A DNA stretch of 64,000 bases, from the NCBI GenBank assembly GCA_001179505.1, contig CDMY01000821.1, positions 186,001-250,000 of the forward strand. Direction: 5' to 3'. Within the stretch, counting starts at the first letter, position 1. Each line of letters opens with the position of its first letter. This document shows, one piece after another, positions 1-13,703 of this stretch. Origin of the DNA: Vitrella brassicaformis CCMP3155 (Eukaryota > Protista > Chromerida). The position numbers and the translations under genes were made by a program. Under the pieces are notes generated by a model. The model did not search any database, had not been told where the DNA came from, and worked only from the letters and a program-made list of their open reading frames with translations.

Positions 1-568
1 CGATTGTGCAGGAGGCCAGCCGGATGGAGCAGGAAGGCGCTGCTGCGCCCGTGGTGTGCATCGAAACCGCACACAGGTGTGCAGTGAGTGCATCGAACCG
101 ATGGGCAAAGAGTGTGTGCCTGCATATGGGTGTTCAGGAGTTTCATTGCGAAGGCGAAGGACGGCCACACGCTGGTGATGGTGAAGGGCAATGCGGGCGG
201 GAGGTGACAGAGAGAGGTTGAGGATGTGGACGTCGCTGTACAGTATACTGACTGCGTGTTGTGATGGGGACAGGCAGATTGACAGACTGACTGTACACCA
301 TAGTGGATGCAGTCCCGACAAATGAACATCTGTTTCTCATCCACTATGCATGCCTGAGTGGTGTCACTCAATCGCATCCACGCCTAGCCCAAACATCTAC
401 GTCGACATGCTGTGCATGTCATGTCCTCTCTGACAACGTCACCTCTCCCTGCTCCTTGGCGCATTTGAGGGTTATTCCCACGAAGGTGTCGACTTTCTAG
501 GCGTAACCCTCACGTACGCCAAGGAGAAGGGAGAGATGACACTGAGTCGACTGACTGGTGGCCTCTAA
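1..568 (+). CDS. Possible 3' end of an upstream spliced gene (unknown product)
   Basis: Coding-like segments (IVQEASRMEQEGAAAPVVCIETAH / SFIAKAKDGHTLVMVKGNAGG) bounded by GT-AG sites. The final exon and stop could not be fixed with certainty. Confidence 0.25.
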
Positions 569-591
569 CAGAAGCAGCAGACTGTGTCTGT

Positions 592-2272
592 CTATCTGTC
601 GTCCACTGTCAGCTCTATTCTCTTCTCAAACCCCTTGGCCGGCCCAGAGGCCGCCCCTTGCCGCGACCGAAGGCCGCTGAGGTCAATCTGCTGCGAAACC
701 GCCGCCAAAAGAATCAGTCCAGCACCCACATAACCCTGAATCACACCACACGCCACCACGGCAGATGGGGGTCACACCGATGAAAGACCAAGGCTCGTTA
801 TGTGGCGGCCAGCGGACCTGAGCACCCAGTGTCTCTCCAAGGAGGAGGTTAGCGAAGATGGCGCCCCAGAGCGGATCGAGGGAGTAGATGATGGCCGCCC
901 TCTCGGCACTCACGCGACGTTGACCTACAGTCTGCAGCCGACCACACCACCCGTCACGTCAGTCAGCAGAAATGAAGCAGTGCCTGTCTGCGCATGTGCA
1001 CACCTGGATGAAGTTGCAGATGGCTGTTGTCACGATGCCGAGATAGAGGGCTGCACCCACTTGCCGGCCAACATCTCGCAGCACGTCGGCTCTGTTGGAC
1101 CCCTCCTCGCTGACGAGGGCCGTCCTGATGCCGTCCAGCAGCTCCTTGGCTACGTCGCTGTGTCCGTGGTGGCCACCGGCGAGCAATGGATACCCCACCG
1201 TGACGGCAGCCCACACAAGACACAACACGGCCACAGTCGAGAGGCTAGTCGCGTTCAGATCCACAGCACGGTACCTGCAGAGACAGCACCGTATTGTGTG
1301 TGTGTCATGAGGGTGTATGGTTCCTTCCCTCAGTGCTGACTCACTTCCTGGCGGCCGCCTCCAGCCGCAGGATGAACATGGCCGACGCCATTGCCGCTGC
1401 CACACTCCACAGGTCGCCAATATTGGGGGGCGAGCCGTCCGACGACAGCAGGGCAGTCCCCGCAAACGCCGTCAAAGCAGATAGCCACGTGCCCTGTTCA
1501 CAGCACAAGACACGGGAGATCACCGATAGGTGCATGTTTGACGCGCCCCAGGTACGCGTACCGCCGAGATGTGTCTTCCGAAGAGGAGTGCGGCAAGGAA
1601 GGGGACGAACTTGACGTTGAGGTAGAGCAGGAAGGCGCTCCTGCTGGCGGTCGTCTCCTGCAGCCCCACAGCTTGCAAGGCGTAGCCGAGGAACATCCAC
1701 ATACCCAGCTCACCGCCCGCTCGCCACACGCCTGTCCGATCATCCCGTTCCTCCCCTCCCACAACCCCGCTCTGATGCCGCGTGGTTGGCAGCCAGGGAA
1801 GGAAGATGAGAGCTGCGACGGCAAAGCGCATCAGGTTGATGAGGGCGGGGGAGGAGGCAACGGACGGGTCCACGGCGCTCTTGATAACTGCATGCTGGGT
1901 GCCCCACAACACTGTCACAGTGTTGAGCAGCATCAGCTCCAAAAGGGGGAATGCCGGCAGATCGCTGGTATGCTTGGGATCTGACTTGCGCTGCTGCTGC
2001 CGTTGCTGCCGCTGTTGCTCCTCAAGCAGGAGCGGCAGCCGGTCACCGTCCTCCTCATCACCGCTGCACGAGCTGCCCGTGTCGGCTCGCCGGCGGCCGC
2101 CGGCGGAATAGGCCTCCTGGCGTTTCCTCATGTGCTGTGGCAGCATGAAGAGGGAGTCGCGTGGCCTGTGGCCGTACCGAAAGAGAGGCACGGGTGAGTT
2201 GAGGAAAGGCAGGGAAGTGATGAGCATCGGCGCCTGAGTCAGTGGTGGAGGCGCCAGTGAGGCACAGAGCAT
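592..2272 (-). CDS. EamA/DMT (drug/metabolite transporter) family membrane protein, multi-exon
   Basis: Spliced hydrophobic segments LNTVTVLWGTQHAVIK, MRFAVAALIFLPWL, GELGMWMFLGYALQAVGLQETTASRSAFLLYLNVKFVPFL, NIGDLWSVAAAMASAMFIL, AALYLGIVTTAICNFIQ and SAERAAIIYSLDPLWGAIFANLLLGETL match the two-repeat EamA pattern. The last exon GYVGAGLILLAAVSQQ...DDR ends at TAG 592-594. The start at 2272 is the likeliest ATG. Confidence 0.85.
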
Positions 2273-2307
2273 AGAGAGAGGGAAGGGGGGCAGAGAGGAC
2301 AACTGGC

Positions 2308-2327
2308 TCAGCTCGCAGCTGCGAGCT
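2308..2327. promoter_or_regulatory. Perfect 20-bp palindrome CAGCTCGCAGCTGCGAGCTG in the EamA/MFS bidirectional promoter
   Basis: The sequence equals its own reverse complement and lies between the divergent ATGs at 2272 and 2380. A regulatory role is inferred. Confidence 0.55.
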
Positions 2328-2379
2328 GGAGAAAATTTGTGGCGGTTGTGTGGCTTCTGCAATGACACAGGACGTAGCA

Positions 2380-5071
2380 ATGGCTTCGAGCGAAGATGGG
2401 GATGAGCAAGCACAGCCATCTGACTTTGAACACGTGGCGGTGATAGTGGCCGACAAGAGCTCTTCCTTTCATGAAAAGGACGCCCTCATCGACAAGACGG
2501 CAACGGCAAACGACGTGGATGCCACTGCACCACAAGAGATGACGAGCAAGCAGCGCTTCCCATGGTCCCACACCGATGCAATCACACCGAGGAACAAAGA
2601 GGCATCCATCTAGCTGTTGACCCGGTCCTGCCTGCTGTCCCGTCTGCTCAATCCGTCAGGTTCCGTCTGGTTATACTTGGCATGATTCTGTTCGCAAACT
2701 CAGTCTTCATCTGGTATACATGTGGCCATACGTCGAAAAGGACCGCAGCGCTCAGAGGCTGTGGTTTGGTTGCACTTGTCTGTTGTGTTTGTGTGTTGGG
2801 GTGCAGGATGCTGTTCCCGATGCTGCCTTTCATGGTGCGCTTCTACCTGCCCGACTTGCCGCTTGCAAAGGTGAGCAACACACACATCACATCACCCACC
2901 CCTTGTTTGTATCCATCCATCCATCCAGCCAGCCAGCCAGCCAGCCATGACCATCCTCCCTCGTATGGTATGCTGTCTGTCGTCCATCCTATCTATCCAC
3001 CTTCAGCTCGGGTACAAAGCCGGGTGGCTTGGGGCGGCCTTCCACCTGGGGTCGCTGTTTGGCTCGTTGTTCTGGGTAAAACTGACGGACGGAGTCATCC
3101 CGCCTACGTTGATGGGGCAAGGATGCATCGCTGCCATGCCGGCTGTGCGCTGGTTGCCTGCCGTGTCTGTGTGTCTGTCTCTGCAGGGGAGGATGGCTGA
3201 CATCATTGGGCGGCGACCTGTAATGCTCATCGGGATGAGCACCACGGCTGTGGCGTGCACCGTCCTCGGTGTGCATACCAGCCAGGCACACATCACACAC
3301 ACACAGAACAAGTTATGTGTCTGTCTGTTTTTCTTTCTTTCTCTCTTGGCGGCTTCCTTCGAGTAGGTTTGGTGACCACATTTGACCTTGCTCTGGCGGT
3401 GCGCCTCTGTTGGGGCCTGTTGAACTCTGTCGTAGGTCAGTACACGGCGCGTACCACATCCAGGTACTTTATTCCATATATGCCTTCTCTCTGGTCTGTC
3501 AGGGGTCGCAAAGACATACTGTGGCGAGATCCTTGACTCGAGCATGCAGGTAAGTCAGTCGCCCATGCCATGCACCCATTGGTACTCGAGTGCGGTTGGT
3601 TGATTCCTGTGCGTCTTTGTGTCTGAGCATAGGCCACGGGGATGAGTATCTTCGGCATCGGTGCCAGTCTCGGACGGCTGGTGGGGCCATCCATAGGAGG
3701 CATGCTGTCCGGCGACCCCGACGATGCCGCCCCCAACTCCCACCTACCGCTGTTCTTCACCACCCACCCCTTCGCCCTTCCATGCCTCATCGCGGGCGCC
3801 TTGTCGTTTGTCGTGGTGCCACTCGCCCTCTGCTTTCTCGAAGAAACACTGCCAGGAGCGAAGAAGGCCGACCTCTGCGGCTGGCTGGGCCGCCGTGCGA
3901 GAGGCTACCAGTCTGTGGCTGCAAGCGATGTGGTGGCGAGAGAGGGCGAGGGTGAGGGGCCTTTCCCCAAGCTGCAGAGCTCCATGAGTCGGTGCAGCAA
4001 CTGGTCTGACGCATCCACGGCTGCCACGGCTGACACATCCCCTGATGGGGACGGCGAAGGGGATGAGGAGGCGGACGGGGAGCCGGAAGGAGCCGACGAT
4101 CATGTTCTTGTCGATGATGACGACCACGGTCACGAGCAAGGCTCTCATTCTCAGCCAATACTGGCTGATGGGGGCGGTGGTGGGTGGAGCTGGGAGGTCT
4201 GGGTGTGCGTCAGTCTTTACGGCGCATTGGCCTTCGGGCAGATGATGGCCACGGAGGTGTACCCCTTGTGGGCGGTGCTGCCCGCGTCCTCGAGCGGCTT
4301 TGGGCTGGACAGCTCCACCATTGCTGTGACGGTCATAGCGTCGGCCCCCTTCTCCCTCGCCTTTCAGCTCTTCTGCTACCCCAAGATCGCACGCACACTC
4401 GGATGCAAAAGAACGTTCCAGGTGAAATACACACACACACACACGCACACAGAGGCTCTCAACACACGACACTGTGTTTCTTCCTTGCGTATGGTGTTCG
4501 TTTGCCTTAGGTGGGTATGAGCGGTTTTGCGGTAGTGTGCGCCCTGACGCCATTGCTGGCGTGGCTGCCAGACGAGGGCAAGGGACAGTCGGCTAGTGGT
4601 TGCTGGAGTGACAATGTGAGTGCGTGGGTGGTGTTGGGCGCTCTCGTCGCCCGCAACGGGTGCCTCGAGATGTTCCAGCTCAGCGCCTTCACGAGCGTCT
4701 TTGTGCTCGTCAACAACTCGTGCCTCGCCAAAAAAAGGTACGCACACACACCCAGAGAGGGAGAGAGAGACAGGGAGAGAAGGAGACAGAGAGAGAGGGA
4801 CACATGTTGTGCGTGTTGGTGCTGTATGAATGACTCCAGGGGCACTACGAATGGCATAGGTCAGGCATCCGCGGCCGTGTGCCGTCTGGTCGCCCCGCCG
4901 ATCGGTGGTGGTCTGTTCGCCTGGAGCATCACGCACGGCACCGCATGGCCCCTCAACTACAGCCTGGTGTGGTACACCTGCAGCTGTGTTGGGCTGCTCG
5001 CCAGTGCGGCCGTGCGGATACTCCCAGACAGCATCGAGACCAAGAAGGAAGACAGAACAGACAGACCGTAG
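2380..5071 (+). CDS. Major facilitator superfamily transporter (ZIFL/DHA1-like), multi-exon
   Basis: FPMLPFMVRFY, AGWLGAAFHLGSLFGSLFW, MFS motif A GRMADIIGRRPVMLIG, LAVRLCWGLLNS, GRLVGPSIGGML, HPFALPCLIAG, an acidic central loop, and GTTNGIGQASAAVCRLVAPPIGGGLFAWS. Stop at 5069-5071. Confidence 0.9.
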
Positions 5072-5936
5072 GCAGGCAGGTAGCCAGACAGACAGACATT
5101 GGTAGTGGTTGCCCGTGTGGCCGCTTCCGTAGCATGCATGGCTGGGGCGTGCGTGTGGGTGGGGAGGGAGGGAGGGAGGTATGATGGTGGCCAGAGGTGG
5201 GTATGGCTGTGCGTCAATGATTGATTGCGTCGTGTATCACTCACTGTGTGTGGCTGCGTGCATTATCGCTCCTATCATGTCTGTCTGCTATGTGCCTGCC
5301 TCTTGCTTGCGTACCTGTGTGTTTACGTTACGTACGTGTGCGTATGTGCTAGTAGTTGTAACCATTGCATTGGATTCCTACAGGCAGGCCGACTGTATGC
5401 CATTCGTGCGTCCGTCTGTGGCCCTCGGCCTTGCTTAGAGGCAGCGGTTTTGTTGCCTTCACACAATCAGACAGACATACGGACGGACCTGTCTGGGCGT
5501 GATGCCCTGTCTTTTTACATACACATGAATGGGTGGGGTGGGATGGTGCCTCCCCTCCCTCCTTGAATGGGACCCGCTGTGTACTTCATGTGTGGAACTG
5601 CGATGAAATTCAACATTCAATTCGTACGAGTGCCTCGAGATTTCACGTGCAGCAGCCATCTGTCAGTCCGTGAGGAGTTGGATGCGAGTCGATGTCTGTA
5701 TCCCATCGATAGGCATCCATCCATTGGTCCGTCCATTGGCGTCAATGACACTTCCCATACACGCACATCCATGCCGCCCATAAACCCATCCAGCCTCTGT
5801 CTATTCTCTGCCACTCGCGTCTCCCGGCCACTATCTCTCTGGCCACCAACCGAACAGACACACCTGTCGCTCACCGCCCCACTATCTCCTTCTCTCTGTC
5901 AGCCAACCCATCAGTCGACCGACATATCACAATCAC

Positions 5937-7799
5937 TCAATCACTCCAAACCCCTCCCTCCCTCCCTCCCACCCACCCATGTGCTACTACAACCATGCAT
6001 CTCGTCTCCCCCATCTTGCTGCTGCCCCGATCGATGAACCACTGCATGACCAGGAGCCATGCCTGCCGATCATCGACGGGCAGGGGGGGAACTACCAGTC
6101 GCTGCTCCAGGTAGGACACAGCTGACTGATAGTTCCCAGGGTCGTTCAGTGGCTGGATCACTTTCGGACCGCCGAGACGCGGCCGCGGGGCAGGAAACAG
6201 TGTGTCTCCTGGGGGCAGATTCAGCTCCTGCCTTGTGCAAGGAGGCTTCAGGACGCACTTGCCGACGCCCAGCAAAGTCGCATAGAGGGCCCGGCCCGCT
6301 CTCGTCCACATGGACGGCTTCTCGGGCGTCTTCGGCGGCTTCCACAGCTGCGGGCGCCTCCCGATGTGCGTCTTCTTGTGCAGACGGCTGGAGTGGGTGA
6401 CGAGGGGTAGGAGGGAAGGGAAGGGGGGGTTGATGACCGTCGCGCTGCCCACAGATGCCCGCGGCTCGGGAAAGAGCTCATCACCCGCCTCGGGCCCGAC
6501 AGAGATTGACCTGCTACTGCCGTTGTTCTCGGTCTCTTTCTTCTTCGCATACCACACCATCGATATCCGCCGCTGCACCTCAGGCAGTGAGAGGTGAGCT
6601 GCCGCCTCCTGACGAGACATTATCTTCGGCGCTGCCGCATCGTCCCCAATGGCCCACGTCTCTTTGTTGTCAGAGCACTTGGCCAGTGCCGTACAGTGGC
6701 CGCCATTGACCTCCTCGTGTCCGTTGTCGTCCCTGTCAGGATGGTGGAACTGGACGGCGAATAGCTCGAAAGGGACGGGGCTGATGACAGTGGGCAGCTC
6801 AAGTGTCATGGGGGCCGAGATGCGAAGGGGGCTGGGGTATTGACGGTCTATCGTCCCCCAGTTGGTGTAGTGGCACTGTGCGCGCTTCACCGACAGCGCC
6901 AGGACGTCCGCCGCATCGTACATCTGCTGTCTGCAATATAACCAAAGGAAACAAGCAATGGATGGATGAATGGCTGGATGAATGGATAAACATCGATGGA
7001 TTTGTGTCATAGGAGCACCCCGTCTTACTTGTATGTGATGCGACCTCCGCAGCCAGAGCACGGGCGCTGGCCTTCGGGCTTATCATCTTGCAGCAAGGTC
7101 GCCTGGATGACCTCCGTGAGATCCCACTCCTTGGACAAATCCATCACGTCAGTCACACCAACTTCCACCACCCTCTCCGTAGCCCCAACCGCTTCCCTCC
7201 CCTCGCCACACTGACACACCTTCTTCCTCAGAAGGGCACATCCAAACACCGCCCCAAATCGGGTCTCCTCCGAGACACCAGCCGTGCTCTCCTCACATTC
7301 GATAATTTGCAGGAGAGCACGGAGGGTCTCAGCGGTGTCCTGCTCGCTCTGCATATCGAGGTCGTAGTCACTGCCCCAAAACTCGCCACGCGGCTTTTGA
7401 AGATGAGAGAGCAGTGGCGCCATATCGAGAAGTGGGGGGCCCTGGCCGGCCGATGATGCGACGGTGAGGGTGGTTTCGATGTCGATGAACGCCTCTTTGA
7501 GGGTCTGCAGGGTGGCGGAGGCTTCACCAACGTTGCGCCTGCACGCCGACAGACATGAGCACAAATTGCAATTGCAATTGGATGAAGCGAGGGGCATGCC
7601 ATGCGATGGCTCTCTCTCAGAGTCTCTCTCTTATGCAGAGCCCCGTGCATTGTGCAGCCCTTCTCTTGTTCATCAACACCAACCTGGCAAGCAGAAATGA
7701 CCGCAATGGATTGCAGTTGTAGAGGCTGAAGATAAGGCTGTTGAAATGGCAGATGACGCCGGATTCATTCCGAAGTCTGAAGGGCCCGCGGCCATCCAT
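5937..7799 (-). CDS. Divergent ubiquitin-specific protease (peptidase C19/USP) with unknown C-terminal extension
   Basis: Cys box RLRNESGVICHFNSLIFSL (Cys codon 7749-7751), QD box SEQDTAETLRALLQ, zinc-finger pairs VCQC and CSGC, DVLALSVKR, His box FELFAVQFHH...NGGHCTALAK...WAIGDD, and terminal SMVWY. Two phase-2 GT-AG introns join these in frame. Both gene ends are uncertain. Confidence 0.75.
6518..7468. repeat. About 950-bp dispersed duplication (USP C-terminal two-thirds, including its intron); partner at 34977-35926
   Basis: Directly alignable at roughly 90% identity by eye, same orientation, and the intron is near-identical. Confidence 0.95.
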
Positions 7800-8990
7800 C
7801 GTGTGTGAGCAATTTGGGGAAGGGGAGGGCTGGGGAGGGGCTGATGGGGGGCTACCGTTCAACCTTGGAAGGCGTCACTCACGTCCAGTTGGCTGAGACA
7901 ACGAGTGAGACGTGTGACGAGACCCGGCTGGGGGCGAAAAATCCGATGGGAAAGGAGCGAATGATTGGCAAATGACGACAAGGGCTGCACTCAAATTGAC
8001 CCGAAGAGCCTTCTGGGAACGCAAGAAGACGAGGAAAGCGCAGATATTTGGTTTCGAAAGTTTTGAGCTTGCGCCTGTCTGGAAGCACGGGTCACTCACT
8101 CACGTTGAGATGAATAAAGTCACCACCATCCATCCATTCATTCATTCATGCGTCCAGTCCAGCTATGAATACACATGCACAGCGCATTCTACACCATCGA
8201 TCACCTGCACACATGCATGTGTATGGCAGTGGTACGCGCGAGGGCCTTACTCCCAGTCCACCCATCAAAACAAGCCCAAAGCGCACCCACATGGGCACCC
8301 GACTCCACTGCCCGCCGGTATCCCATCTTGTGCGTGCCTTTCTGCCTGTCTGGATGGCTGAGCCATGCAGACATGGTGAACAGACACGGCTGGGACCAAC
8401 CACAATCATGACATATCCATCCATCCGTCCGTCCGTGTAGTTGCATGGTTCAAAAAAGTCGGCAGGCATCGAGTGAGTGGGTGAGTGATTGCATGTGTGA
8501 GAAAGTGGACAAAACACACACACACGAGCCGCAGCGCACACCACGCCACACCGACCCCCGCCGTCAGTCACCCGGGCCGGGTACCAAGCATGGCAGCAGT
8601 CACCCGTGCGCATGTGTTCGCCTACGTTCGTACGCACGCATGACAGAGGGCGCACACACTCGACACACGACACACGACACGACACACCCATGCATGTCTG
8701 AATGCAGGCCAAGTGAAGCCCTCTCTCGTCATGATACATACAGTGGCTGGGCTGGCTGGCGTGCATGTAAGCTGCCGCTGGCTGTACACCCACCCCACCT
8801 ATCCATCCATTCATCCATCCCATCAAGTGACTGACATCAGAAAGTGTATCTCTCCACGCACAACTCAATCATCTCTCTCCAACCGCATTACGGAATGCCC
8901 GCCTGTGCAACCAGCGGGCAAAAAATTACCCAGAGGCAGCGAGCGAGGCACCTAAGAGGGCGGCTGTCTGGCCGGCTCATGTCGTGTCGA

Positions 8991-11900
8991 TCAGGCCGAG
9001 ACCGAGACAGGCGTGGCTGCGCTGCCGTTGGCCATGTGTGTGCCGTTGGGTGTGGGGGTGGGTGGGACGGGGGTGGAGCCGCTCGCGGTCTCCCAGAGGC
9101 TCTTCCACCGCATCACAAAGTCGCCGAAACTCTCGCCCTTGGTGCGATCCTTCGCATACGTCCTGACACAAATTTTTGATTGGCACACACGTCCATAGGT
9201 GTTTGGGGTCTCTCGTGTGTTGTGTTGTGTGTGGTTGGGTAACGTACTTGAGGATGGGTGTGAGAAGCTGCAGGATTTCTTCCTCGTTGACGCCCTCCCT
9301 GTAGACCTTGTTGAGCCGGTGGCCCTCGAAATCACCGCCCAGCAGCAGGTTGTAGTATCCTGGACTGCGGCCCACAAACGCTATCTCCGCCAGATACGGC
9401 CTGCACATCGTCAGATGACAACACACGTATGCCGTGGCGGCCTGGCGCTCTGTGTGTGTGGATGTGTCATGGCAGGCAGGCAGGCTGACCTAGCGCATCC
9501 GTTGGGGCATCCTGTCATCCTGATGGTGATCTCGTCCTGGTGCAGGCCGCACTCGTCCATCACGCTGTCCAGCTTGGTCACCAAATCAGGCAGATACCTT
9601 CACACACAACACATACGCACAGATCTATTGTGTTCTTCCTTGTTGCCTGTTTCTCCCTCGCCCCTCCCTCCTCCCTCTTTCACCTCTCTGCCTCAGCAAA
9701 CGCCAGTGGGCAGGTCGGCAGGGCCACACACGCTACCGAATTGAGCCGAAGAGCCGAGTGCCTGCATGGGAGGTGAGGACGACAGCGCACAGTCACATAC
9801 AGAGAGAGAAACCTTGTCTGTCTGTCTGATCATCGCCCACCCACTCACCTGGAGTTGTCGACCCCGTACATGTCCAGGAGCGCCTTGATGGCGCCCTTGT
9901 CGGCGTCGCTGATGTTGCTGATGGTGAGGTTCTGGTTGCAAGTCAGCCTGAAGTTGCCCTTGTGGACGGATGCCAGGTGGCGGATGGCCGTCTTGAGCTT
10001 GTAGTCGGGCAGGTCGACCACCCGGCCGTGCTCGATGAACATGGTGTAGTGCCACTTGCCGTCGTCCGTCTTGGCCCAACCGTACGAGTCGCCACGAGTC
10101 TTGAACGAAAACGGCCTGCAATGCAGACACACACAAAGGTAGGCATCTTCTTCAGGTGGTGGTCATCAACGAGTGTACCCTACCTGGCCTTCTCGAGTTT
10201 CCTTCCGAGCTCCTTCTCCACTTGTGTGCGGAACCAGTCGACGCCGTGGTCGTCAACCGTGTACTTGAGACGCGCATGCTTCCTGAATTAATTCACACGC
10301 ACACGCACACACGCGATGGATGCGATGAATGAGTCTGGCGCGGTCTCTCTCTACCCCTCCCCATGTGGTCGCACCGCACACCACACCACACCACACCTGT
10401 TGGTTCTGTCACCGTGGTCCCTCTGCACGGCCATGATGGCGGCCAGTACGTGTTTGGCGTCGTCGGGTTTGCAGAAGCCCATGACGTCGGCCGTCCGGGG
10501 GAAGGTGGCCGGGTCGTTGTTGGTCGCACCCATACCGCCACCCACCGTCACCGTGAACCCCTGAGGCGATGCGATGCGACCAAAAACGGTAAAACGAAAC
10601 GAATGCATGCCATGGGGATGGATCCATCGATGTAGATCTATCTCTTCGTTCGTTCGGTGCTGGAAGAGCCATCGTATCGTGCGCATCTCACCTGCAACTC
10701 GCCCTTCTCTATAATTGCGATGAAGCCTACGCAGTGTGCAAACACATCTGACACGACACACACCAAACACACCAAAGGAAGGCACAGCAGGAGACAGACC
10801 CAAAGATACATACGATGGATTGGGTAGGACCACATGCATCGCATCCAACGCGCAGCGCACACATGTCCGTCCGTCCGTACTCACCGACGTCGTTTACAGG
10901 CGGTATGGCAACGGCGACTTTGAATTTGCGTGGGAGGTATGTCTTGCCGTACAGGGGCTCCTCCTCGACGGGCGTGTTGGCCGCCACCAGCTTGCTCGGC
11001 AGGCCCTCACCGCCGCCCTCGTCCAAGAATATCTCGTAGTACGCACTCGTCCTGACACAACACAACCAAGCCCAACCAAACACCAGACAGCCGTGTGCGT
11101 GAGTGTGCCGAAGCCAAGCCCCTCTCTCCATCCCTCTCTCCCTCCCCTCTCTGCATCTCTGCCTCTCTGCGTACCTCGGCAGCACGAATTCCGAGAGTTC
11201 CTTGCTGATGGCCTGGATCTGGTAGTATGTGTGTGCGGGGCAGACGCCGGGTGTGCTGGTGCAGATGACGTTGCGGTTGACATCTCCGCAGGCGGCGATG
11301 CAGTCCATGCAGGCCTTGGCCATGCCCCGCACGACCGTCTTGAGGTTGCGCTTGATGATGCCGTGCAGCTGGAACGTCTGACGGGTCGTCACCTTGAGCG
11401 TCTCGTTGCCGTACTGCGATGACAACTCATCCATCGCCTGCAGCACACATGACATGCGCACACCACAGGAGAAGCCGACACCAATCCCATCCACACATCG
11501 TGGAGGTGCGTGTGTGGCGTCTGGAACGTACCAGCCACTGGTGTGGTTCGCAGAGTCCGCCTGGCAGCCTGACTCGCGCCATGAAGGAGAAGGCCTTCTC
11601 AATGCCCAGCTTGGCACGTTCGCTGCGCATCTCCCGGTGGTCCTGCTGGTAGATGCCTGACGGTCCGGTCCGTCAAGTCCGTCAACATACACACACACAC
11701 ACACACACACACAATCATAATCGTGTGTGCGTGCGTCTGGTCGGAATGTTGTGTGGATGACTGACCGTGGAATTTGATGACTTTTGTGTCTTCGTATGGG
11801 ATGCAGCCAGTGGAGACGTCGTCGAGGGTGTCCTTGAGGGAGCCCCGCAGGTAGCGGCTGGCGATCTTGATCTCCTCGTCAGTCGGGTGCCTCGTGTCAA

Positions 11901-13315
11901 CCGCCTCCTGCACACACACACACACACAGACAAGCAAACAGCCAAGGCACACCGGTGCATTGCCACGAGTGTCTTCACTGCTTTAGTGGTGTGTACCTCA
12001 CCTCCTGTTCGACGGCGCCGACTCTGTCGAGTCCGAGTGTCTTCCAGAACTCAGGCTCCCACTTGCCCCAACCGTCCTCGTACTTGTCAGTGTCCTGCAC
12101 ACACACCCACACCCACACCCACCCACCCACCCACACACACAGAGTGTCACGGGTGTGTGTGTGCCGTCAGGTCAGCAAGTCACGCAGGTCACTGACCTGG
12201 TCGTCTCCGATGCCGCATGGCAGCAGTCGGTGTGCGCCCAGGTGCTCCAAACGACTATCCAAATCACGACCCGCCTTGCAGAAATACTGAGGGTCCGGCC
12301 TGCAGTGCACCACACACACCCACACCAAAAACGATACCTCCTCAGAATCCACCAGCCCGCCAGCCCACCCATCTCCACAGTGTGGTGTGCTGTGCCTCGC
12401 TCACCAGTAGTGCCTGTCTCCGAGTGCGAATACGGCGAAGCTAACCCCATCGAGCGTGAAGCCCGGCTCGGTCTCGCACAGCCCCGTCCAGAGCTTCTTG
12501 GCGTTGCCCGGGAACTCCCCCTGCCCAGCCGTGCACACGACCGCCACCACGTTCTTCTCGCCCTTGAGCTGCGGCGGCTCCACCGTGTCCATCGGCACAC
12601 ACCTGTTGTCCGCCCCCCTCGCCTTGGCCTCCTTGGCCAGTCGCTTGGCCAGCCCCTCGGCGTTGCCACCGTCCGACCCATACACGATCAGCAGCGGCAC
12701 CTTCTGCGCCTCGGCCAGGCCACCCCGCAGCTTGGCCAGTGAGGCCTCGAGCAGTGGGTGGCCGGCGGGCAGCTTCTGGACGTACTTGTCCTTGAGATCA
12801 GGGTGCGCCCTGATGAGCAGGTTGAGCTGCGACTCGCGCTCCAGGAACTTGGACATCCCCTCAGGCAGGCTGCCCGCATCCACGCAGAACGGGTCGCGGC
12901 CCGCCGCCTCAGCAGAGGGGTCCCACCGGAAGCTCACGTCACCCCCGACCAGCACGATGGACGGCCCGTCGTAGTCGGCCGCCTGGGTGAGTGCGCGTGT
13001 CATCTGCAAGTCGGTAGCGTCTGAGGCGACGGCAGCGACGAATGCGGTGCCGTACTCCATGGCGAGGAGCGCGAGGTCCTGCCGATAGGACGCCAGGTTG
13101 TCGGTGATGAGCACATTGAAGGTGGTGTCCTTGGCCGAGGCGACGGCCTGCACCGACGAGAGGGCCGCATCTTCCGAGCGGCTGATGACTGCCCAGTGGA
13201 CGTGCTTGGACGTGGCCTTGCCCAGCACCGATGCCGACACTCGGCCGCTGTAGGTGCGGAGCTTCGACGAGTCGAAGAGCCGCTTCAGAGACGCCACCGC
13301 GTTGCCGTGACTCAT
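8991..13315 (-). CDS. MET5: NADPH-dependent assimilatory sulfite reductase beta/hemoprotein subunit, fungal type (PFOR-like remnant + flavodoxin + NIR/SIR siroheme-4Fe4S domains)
   Basis: PFOR-like [18 protein letters not shown]...DYDGPSIVL, flavodoxin [11 protein letters not shown]...[17 protein letters not shown]...[58 protein letters not shown], spliced [17 protein letters not shown] and [11 protein letters not shown] cofactor ligands, and [10 protein letters not shown]. Stop at 8991. Confidence 0.93.
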
Positions 13316-13703
13316 GGCTGCTCTGCGATGCCCTAATACATCCACGAGAGAGCGGAAGAGGCTGCACCGGAGGAAAGGAGCAGGTCTCGAAAAAAAGCTC
13401 GCAAGTCCAGTGATTGAGGAGGATTCCTTTCGCACAAGACGCGGCGGGAAGAGCACGGCTGGCACATCCAGAGCTCCGCAGCACATCGGCAGGCTTCATC
13501 CATAGCCACAGAGGCTACGTGGCATCTGCTTGTGTCCAGCGCGCGTCGCCGTCGCCAGCTGCCCAGTCGCTCGTTCTTGTGTGTCTGATTGAGAGAGAGC
13601 GCCCCACATCTGCTCGTCCTTGGTGTTGCTTGGGTTCCCCTCATCAGTAGCTAGCCGGTTCGGTGCCGCCTGTATGAGAAAGACTTCAGCTGTGCCGGCG
13701 ACG

